From Escherichia phage UPWr_E1, in the sequence record PP418985.1: 64,000 nucleotides of DNA; one strand, given 5' to 3'. The position numbers were made by a program, and so were the translations under genes. Of this stretch, positions 59,232-64,000 are shown in pieces (position 1 is the first letter of the stretch; each line of letters starts with the position of its first letter). Under the pieces are notes generated by a model. That model was not told where the DNA came from and searched no databases. It was given only the letters and a program-made list of their open reading frames with translations.

Positions 59232-59687
59232 ATGATTATTGATACTGTAAAGGGCGATCTCATCGCCCTGTTTAAACAAGGAAACGGTCATTTAATTCAT
59301 GGTTGTAATTGTTTTCATACTATGGGCGCTGGTATTGCTGCAAAGATCGCGAAAGAGTTCCCGCAAGCGTTAGAGATTGACAAGCAAACTTCTCGCGGTA
59401 AGGTAGAAAAGCTGGGTGGGTTTAGTGTCTGGACGCATCAAGTTAATGGTTATAACTGGTGCGGGGTGAATCTCTATACCCAATTCCGACCGGGTCCAAA
59501 TGCTGAATATGGTGCTATCCTGAAAGGATTTGAGACTATCAATGATGTTTTTGAAGGTGCTATACAGCCTTTCTATATTCCTAAAATCGGTTGCGGTATC
59601 GGTGGCCTTGAGTGGGAATGTGTAGAAGAGATCATTAATATTGCTACTCCAGACATTAACATTGTGGTGGTTGAATATGACAAATAA
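59232..59687 (+). CDS. macro-domain-like protein (putative ADP-ribose binding/processing)
   Basis: LIHGCNCFHTMGAGIAAKI and IPKIGCGIGGL resemble macro-domain motifs (VNAAN..GGGV.GAI and P.IG.G..G); tentative. Confidence 0.4.
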   Translation: MIIDTVKGDLIALFKQGNGHLIHGCNCFHTMGAGIAAKIAKEFPQALEIDKQTSRGKVEKLGGFSVWTHQVNGYNWCGVNLYTQFRPGPNAEYGAILKGFETINDVFEGAIQPFYIPKIGCGIGGLEWECVEEIINIATPDINIVVVEYDK

Positions 59688-59871
59688 AAATGATCTATAT
59701 TCCGGTGATTGGGTGAAACGTCAGTCTGTAGAAAACGTAACTTGTTTTCGTTGTTTCACTGAATACAATATAAAAACCGCTCCTGTTAGTGTTCCAAAGA
59801 CAGACGGGTATTATATTAAAGAACCGCATTGCCCTAAATGTAAATGTCGATTATATTGGAGTCATCTATGA
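59677..59871 (+). CDS. small zinc-ribbon-like protein
   Basis: CFRC ... CPKCKC; ATG 59677. Confidence 0.45.
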   Translation: MTNKNDLYSGDWVKRQSVENVTCFRCFTEYNIKTAPVSVPKTDGYYIKEPHCPKCKCRLYWSHL

Positions 59872-60086
59872 AGAAGCCTAATACCGCTCACATGAAAGAA
59901 AACTGCCGATGTGTTAGATGTGGTTGGCCTATCATCTTCACTTGCTGTAACGACGATATGCAGCGTTTACCGTGGGGAATGTGGGATTGGTGGATGTATT
60001 GTAGCAATAAAGGATGCCTCCACCACGAAGGCGAAGGAGTATTTCAGGAAACGCCTGATTGGGTGGAGGTGATAGAAAATGCTTGA
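59868..60086 (+). CDS. small Cys-rich protein
   Basis: GGAG RBS then ATG 59868; CRCVRCGW ... CC ... C..KGC. Confidence 0.45.
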   Translation: MKKPNTAHMKENCRCVRCGWPIIFTCCNDDMQRLPWGMWDWWMYCSNKGCLHHEGEGVFQETPDWVEVIENA

Positions 60087-60372
60087 GACTATCATTAACC
60101 TTGTTATGTGGACTTTTAATTTCGTTATTGTTATTATGGCGGGTATTGAGATTGTCAAGCAATATCTGTTACAATCCAGAAATAAACATGTTGTAATTGA
60201 TATGGACTCTCAAGGAAATAAGCTGATCCGGTTAGAATATGGTCGGGAATATTGGGTAGGTTATCCAAAGACACTACGCGGATTTATCTTTGCTATGGGT
60301 GTTTGCTTCTTTTTCCTTTGTATCTGGGTTTATGTTGGTTTATGTCTTGCTGGATTTTTGGAGATTAATTAA
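60079..60372 (+). CDS. membrane protein (97 aa)
   Basis: two hydrophobic segments; stop overlaps tk start. Confidence 0.5.
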   Translation: MLETIINLVMWTFNFVIVIMAGIEIVKQYLLQSRNKHVVIDMDSQGNKLIRLEYGREYWVGYPKTLRGFIFAMGVCFFFLCIWVYVGLCLAGFLEIN

Positions 60373-60968
60373 TGGCGCAACTATATTTCTACTATGCATC
60401 TATGAACGCTGGCAAATCAACTTCCCTGTTACAAAGTGCTTATAACTATACCGAACGTGATATGCGAGTATTAATTCTTAAGCCAGCGATTGATAATCGA
60501 GATTCAGAAAGTGAAGTTGTTTCCCGAATTGGTCTAAGTGCTCCAGCGATCACCTTCACTAAATCGGATGATCTTTTCGACTTGGTTTATCGTGAATCAC
60601 TAGGTAAGCGTAGACCGGATCGCTGGCGTCCAGATGCTGTATTTGTAGATGAAGCCCAATTTATGACTAAAGAGCATGTTTTAGGCTTGTGTGCGCTTGT
60701 TGATGATGCAAATATCCCTGTACTGTGCTATGGCCTTCGCACTGACTTTCAGGGCAATCTATTTGAAGGATCTGCGGCATTGATGGCATTTGCTGATAAA
60801 CTGGTCGAAATGAAGGGTATTTGTCATTGCGGTAAGAAAGCAACAATGGTCCTTCGTGTAGATAAAGAGGGTAATGTTATTCGCGATGGTGCTCAAATAG
60901 AAGTTGGTGCAGAGGATAAATATGTTTCTGTGTGCCGTAAACATTTTATTGACGGCACTACCAACTAA
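60372..60968 (+). CDS. tk: thymidine kinase
   Basis: P-loop MNAGKSTSLL; VFVDEAQF; C-terminal CHCG...C zinc site; matches recalled T4 Tk. Confidence 0.9.
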   Translation: MAQLYFYYASMNAGKSTSLLQSAYNYTERDMRVLILKPAIDNRDSESEVVSRIGLSAPAITFTKSDDLFDLVYRESLGKRRPDRWRPDAVFVDEAQFMTKEHVLGLCALVDDANIPVLCYGLRTDFQGNLFEGSAALMAFADKLVEMKGICHCGKKATMVLRVDKEGNVIRDGAQIEVGAEDKYVSVCRKHFIDGTTN

Positions 60969-60995
60969 GAGTTAATCATAAATAAAGCCCCAGAT

Positions 60996-61003
60996 TATAA
61001 ATA
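60996..61003 (+). promoter_or_regulatory. T4-type late promoter TATAAATA (rI-like gene)
   Basis: exact TATAAATA 34 nt upstream of the ATG at 61037. Confidence 0.5.
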
Positions 61004-61036
61004 TAACTGAATATTTTCAATCTGGGGGAATGACTT

Positions 61037-61339
61037 ATGTCATTTATTCGTAAAACTCTAACAGCGGCAATATGCTTGACTGCGGTCGGAAGTGTCAGTG
61101 CTGATCAATATGATCCAACTGGTGACTTTACTGATTATTTCGACGGTGCAATGATAGTATATGTAAACAAAATATCTCCTTCCATTGAAACCAGCCAGAA
61201 ATTTCATGCCCATATTATGAAGATGTATGCTCGTAGTAAATGTATGGATTCTAAGCAGTGTTTTATTATGGGGGAATATGCCGCACAACAATTTGTTATG
61301 TTGCATAATGTGGAGAATCGAGAACATGAAATTCAGTGA
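61037..61339 (+). CDS. rI: RI-like lysis inhibition regulator (periplasmic)
   Basis: signal-anchor then DP...F...YV.K.S......F...M..Y....C.....C pattern as in recalled T4 RI; adjacent to tk as in T4. Confidence 0.5.
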   Translation: MSFIRKTLTAAICLTAVGSVSADQYDPTGDFTDYFDGAMIVYVNKISPSIETSQKFHAHIMKMYARSKCMDSKQCFIMGEYAAQQFVMLHNVENREHEIQ

Positions 61340-61724
61340 TTTTCGAAAGACGTCCGAAGAGGGAAAAGCTAATAAAGTTGACCGCTTTATCGGTGAATGT
61401 CTGATGAGTGTTACTTATATGCATTCTGCGCATTTTGGGGTAACTGGTCCTGGATCTTATGCAAAACATAAGGCTCTAGAAGAGTTCTATCTTGAAATGC
61501 AAGAATTGGTTGATAATTTCACTGAAACCAATATTGGGATCACTGGTCGTTATCAGCCAACGTTGGTCGTCCGCAAGGAGATTAGCGAAATTGCCTATTT
61601 GCAAGAGTTAACGCAAATGGCTAGTGAGATTTATAATGATGTTGATAGCTCGTTACAGAGCGTTTTAGACGATATAAAAGTTCTATGCTTTAAAACAATT
61701 TATAAACTCACTCGACTGGCTTAA
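61326..61724 (+). CDS. hypothetical protein (132 aa)
   Basis: GAGAA then ATG 61326; 14-nt overlap with rI-like ORF. Confidence 0.5.
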   Translation: MKFSDFRKTSEEGKANKVDRFIGECLMSVTYMHSAHFGVTGPGSYAKHKALEEFYLEMQELVDNFTETNIGITGRYQPTLVVRKEISEIAYLQELTQMASEIYNDVDSSLQSVLDDIKVLCFKTIYKLTRLA

Positions 61725-61745
61725 TGTCAGTCACAGGGGGGATAC

Positions 61746-63893
61746 ATGCCAGCAGAAATTAAAAACACTACAATTAACTCACAAATTTGGCTTCCTCATA
61801 CTTTTGAATGTTCTATTGTTGCTGAGTCGGAAGACCCAGAGAAAAGACGAAAAGGTTATTTGTGGAAAAAGAATGATAAGTTGATCACCATGACAGATGG
61901 TCCATCTTTTCCACTAAAATCTGTTAAAGAGGAAGATAAAACAGGTTGGTCTGTTAATGTTCGTGGTTTTGCTCAAGATGATGAAAATCTTTCTGGCGAA
62001 TCCGTAGATATCGGCACGGAAAACTTCACCTTTGAACTTTTTGATAATCCATATGTGGAACATGTATACCCGCCGACGTCTTTTAATATTGGTGATGAAA
62101 TCAAGGCAAAAATTGTTTTCCGTAGTCATATCCAGCCTAATATTTCGGTTGACCTTTATTATAATGATGGTTTGGTTGATTCCGTTGATGGTGATCTGGG
62201 GTTAGACCATCGTGAATTTAAAATTGCAAAATTCGCGTGGCCTGAATTTTCCGGTACATATAAAATGGAATTGAGTGATGAACATGGTGAGGTTAAATTT
62301 GTATATCCTTTCTATGCAAACATCACTGAAAATAAGGAAGTATTCAACGTACAAAAATATGCACCTGCCTATTTTACCGTAGATGACGATGCACCGAATC
62401 AGGCGGAATATACTATTGTCCGATATCGACTAGAGCGTAATGATGGTAGTTTGGTTTATGAGTCTAAAGATAAGACTTTGTATGTAACTAAACATGCTCA
62501 AGAGTCTGACGCCGGAGAATATGTTGCTTTTGTTCGTGCATATAAGGTTGTTAATGGTCCTGGTGCTGGGACCGAATATGTGGATGGTGAAAAACATCGA
62601 TTCACAGTTAACGTAAAAGAAAACGAATTTTTTAGCCGTGATTTTAGTGCTATTGATTTTCGTTATCCTTCTGGATCTACTGTAAACCTTGATATGCCAG
62701 TGATGCAAGCCGATAGCTCATGGAATCGTCATTATGGTATGCTTACTAACAACGTTTACTTTACGTGGATGCTTGGCGGTAAGAAACTACAAAGTAAAAA
62801 ATATGGCGATGAGGGTTATGACCGGATAACGCTATCTGGATTGCAATATGATAACAGCGTTGCGCTTCAATTGTTGGTTGCTCCTGCCAATCCAGCGGGT
62901 GAACAGGTGATTCCTAACGGTCGCCCATTATTTTATGATCGTCGTATGCTTGAGATTTATGATAAAGAGTATGATTATCGTAATATTGAAGTGGGTGAAC
63001 CTATTGTTCTCAAGATCGTAGATCCTGAACCGCCAGCTAGTGATGATCCTGAACAAACGCGAACTTTGGTTATCACCAAAAACGACGTTAAAGTAACGGA
63101 ACTTCCGCTAGGTACTAAGGAATATAAGATCACCGACTCTGCGGACAGAGACCATAACGGCATCTGGGCGCATGAATATCGTGATAGTCCGAGTAAAGAT
63201 CCATTTAGCGCACATACTGATTTTGATATTGCTGGTCGTTCGACCTATCATGTTGAAGTAGTGCCGAATATGGAGTTTGACGGTCCTCATCCGGTACAGG
63301 TTACGGAAGGTGATACCCTGACGCTAGAAGCAACCATGCTAAAACCGCCAGCCTCATATGTTCCGACTTATGAGTTTAGTAAAAACGGTGTTAAACTGGA
63401 CATGGAGGACTCACGAAGTCCGATTTACCGTAAAGCAAACGTTACGCTAGAGGATGCTGGTGTTTATCGATTTGTTGCATTTGCTGATAAAAACAGCAAC
63501 GATGAACTAGATCCTGGCGAGATTGTCGGGTATACAAAATATGTTCAGGTTGTAGTTAATAAACGTCCTGTGCGACCGGATGAACCTAGACCGGAAGTTA
63601 AAATTGTTACTATGTTTAACGAGTTTAGCAAAGGCCGATTTAGTCCGTGTCCGTATTGGGTGATTGATGAGCTTGTCGAATTGATGGAAGACCCGCATGG
63701 TTGGATGGATAAACTTGAAGATTCTGTCTACTATGACTGGCAAATCACTATCTTTAATGAGTTCCTAAAAGGTAAGGATTTGTATCTTCAAGATTCGTGT
63801 AATGGTTATTGGGCGATTGTCCGCCAGAAGGATATGTCTATTGAAACTGGCTATGGGCGATTCAAACACTACTATACAAATGGACGTGAATAA
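61746..63893 (+). CDS. large Hoc-like protein: Ig/beta-sandwich repeats plus Hoc-type C-terminal domain
   Basis: GGGGGG RBS; GEYVAFVRAYKV and GVYRFVAFAD Ig-like motifs; C-terminal PYWVIDELVEL...DSCNGYWAIV resembles the C-termini of 3933..6476 and 6521..7753. Confidence 0.6.
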   Translation: MPAEIKNTTINSQIWLPHTFECSIVAESEDPEKRRKGYLWKKNDKLITMTDGPSFPLKSVKEEDKTGWSVNVRGFAQDDENLSGESVDIGTENFTFELFDNPYVEHVYPPTSFNIGDEIKAKIVFRSHIQPNISVDLYYNDGLVDSVDGDLGLDHREFKIAKFAWPEFSGTYKMELSDEHGEVKFVYPFYANITENKEVFNVQKYAPAYFTVDDDAPNQAEYTIVRYRLERNDGSLVYESKDKTLYVTKHAQESDAGEYVAFVRAYKVVNGPGAGTEYVDGEKHRFTVNVKENEFFSRDFSAIDFRYPSGSTVNLDMPVMQADSSWNRHYGMLTNNVYFTWMLGGKKLQSKKYGDEGYDRITLSGLQYDNSVALQLLVAPANPAGEQVIPNGRPLFYDRRMLEIYDKEYDYRNIEVGEPIVLKIVDPEPPASDDPEQTRTLVITKNDVKVTELPLGTKEYKITDSADRDHNGIWAHEYRDSPSKDPFSAHTDFDIAGRSTYHVEVVPNMEFDGPHPVQVTEGDTLTLEATMLKPPASYVPTYEFSKNGVKLDMEDSRSPIYRKANVTLEDAGVYRFVAFADKNSNDELDPGEIVGYTKYVQVVVNKRPVRPDEPRPEVKIVTMFNEFSKGRFSPCPYWVIDELVELMEDPHGWMDKLEDSVYYDWQITIFNEFLKGKDLYLQDSCNGYWAIVRQKDMSIETGYGRFKHYYTNGRE

Positions 63894-63906
63894 AATATAA
63901 TCAAAA

Positions 63907-63930
63907 GCCATCCGAAAGGGTGGCTTTTTT
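63907..63930 (+). terminator. rho-independent terminator
   Basis: GCCATCC-gaaa-GGGTGGC followed by TTTTTTCG. Confidence 0.75.
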
Positions 63931-63942
63931 CGTTTTTAGGTG

Positions 63943-63971
63943 TTGACAACCGGAATAGGGTATAGCATAAT
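63943..63971 (+). promoter_or_regulatory. PeSL-like early promoter module 7 (gene start lies beyond window end)
   Basis: TTGACA-17-CATAAT, then leader CACACATCGACAACAAAGGAGAATCAAA. Confidence 0.6.
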
Positions 63972-64000
63972 GCACACATCGACAACAAAGGAGAATCAAA

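Overview
This window is a T4-like (T-even type) myovirus genome segment, in reverse orientation relative to the T4 map; all calls rest on manual reading and recalled T4 protein sequences, with no database search run. The minus strand carries an almost uninterrupted late structural block: 53, 5, 5.1, 5.4, 6, 7, 8, [cassette], 9, 10, 11, 12, wac, 13, 14, 15, 16, 17, 18, 19, 20, 67, 68, 21, 22, 23, [fiber-like insert], 24. The plus strand carries gene 26 (3' end), 25, uvsY, then an inh-position ORF and two tandem Hoc-like genes (uvsW and uvsW.1 lie on the minus strand between), and further right 4, 2, 3, 1, 57A, 57B, followed by a hyperplastic region of about 40 small ORFs, tk, an rI-like gene and a third Hoc-like gene. 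Four things depart from the T4 backbone and are the main candidates for novelty: (1) a late-promoter-driven module of two fiber-like proteins inserted between the major capsid gene 23 and vertex gene 24; (2) a sigma70-promoter-driven cassette with an orphan NPPF-motif methyltransferase inserted between baseplate genes 8 and 9; (3) at least eight repeated terminator-promoter-leader modules (PeSL-like) bounding accessory genes; (4) three Hoc-like paralogs with different Ig-like arrays. The accessory region also encodes an M15 peptidase, a GrcA-like glycyl-radical cofactor, a Pol-beta-type nucleotidyltransferase, a secreted SLT transglycosylase and a macro-domain-like protein. A perfect 273-bp tandem duplication spans the gene 18/19 junction. 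No tRNA, rRNA, CRISPR array, integrase or transposase was found.
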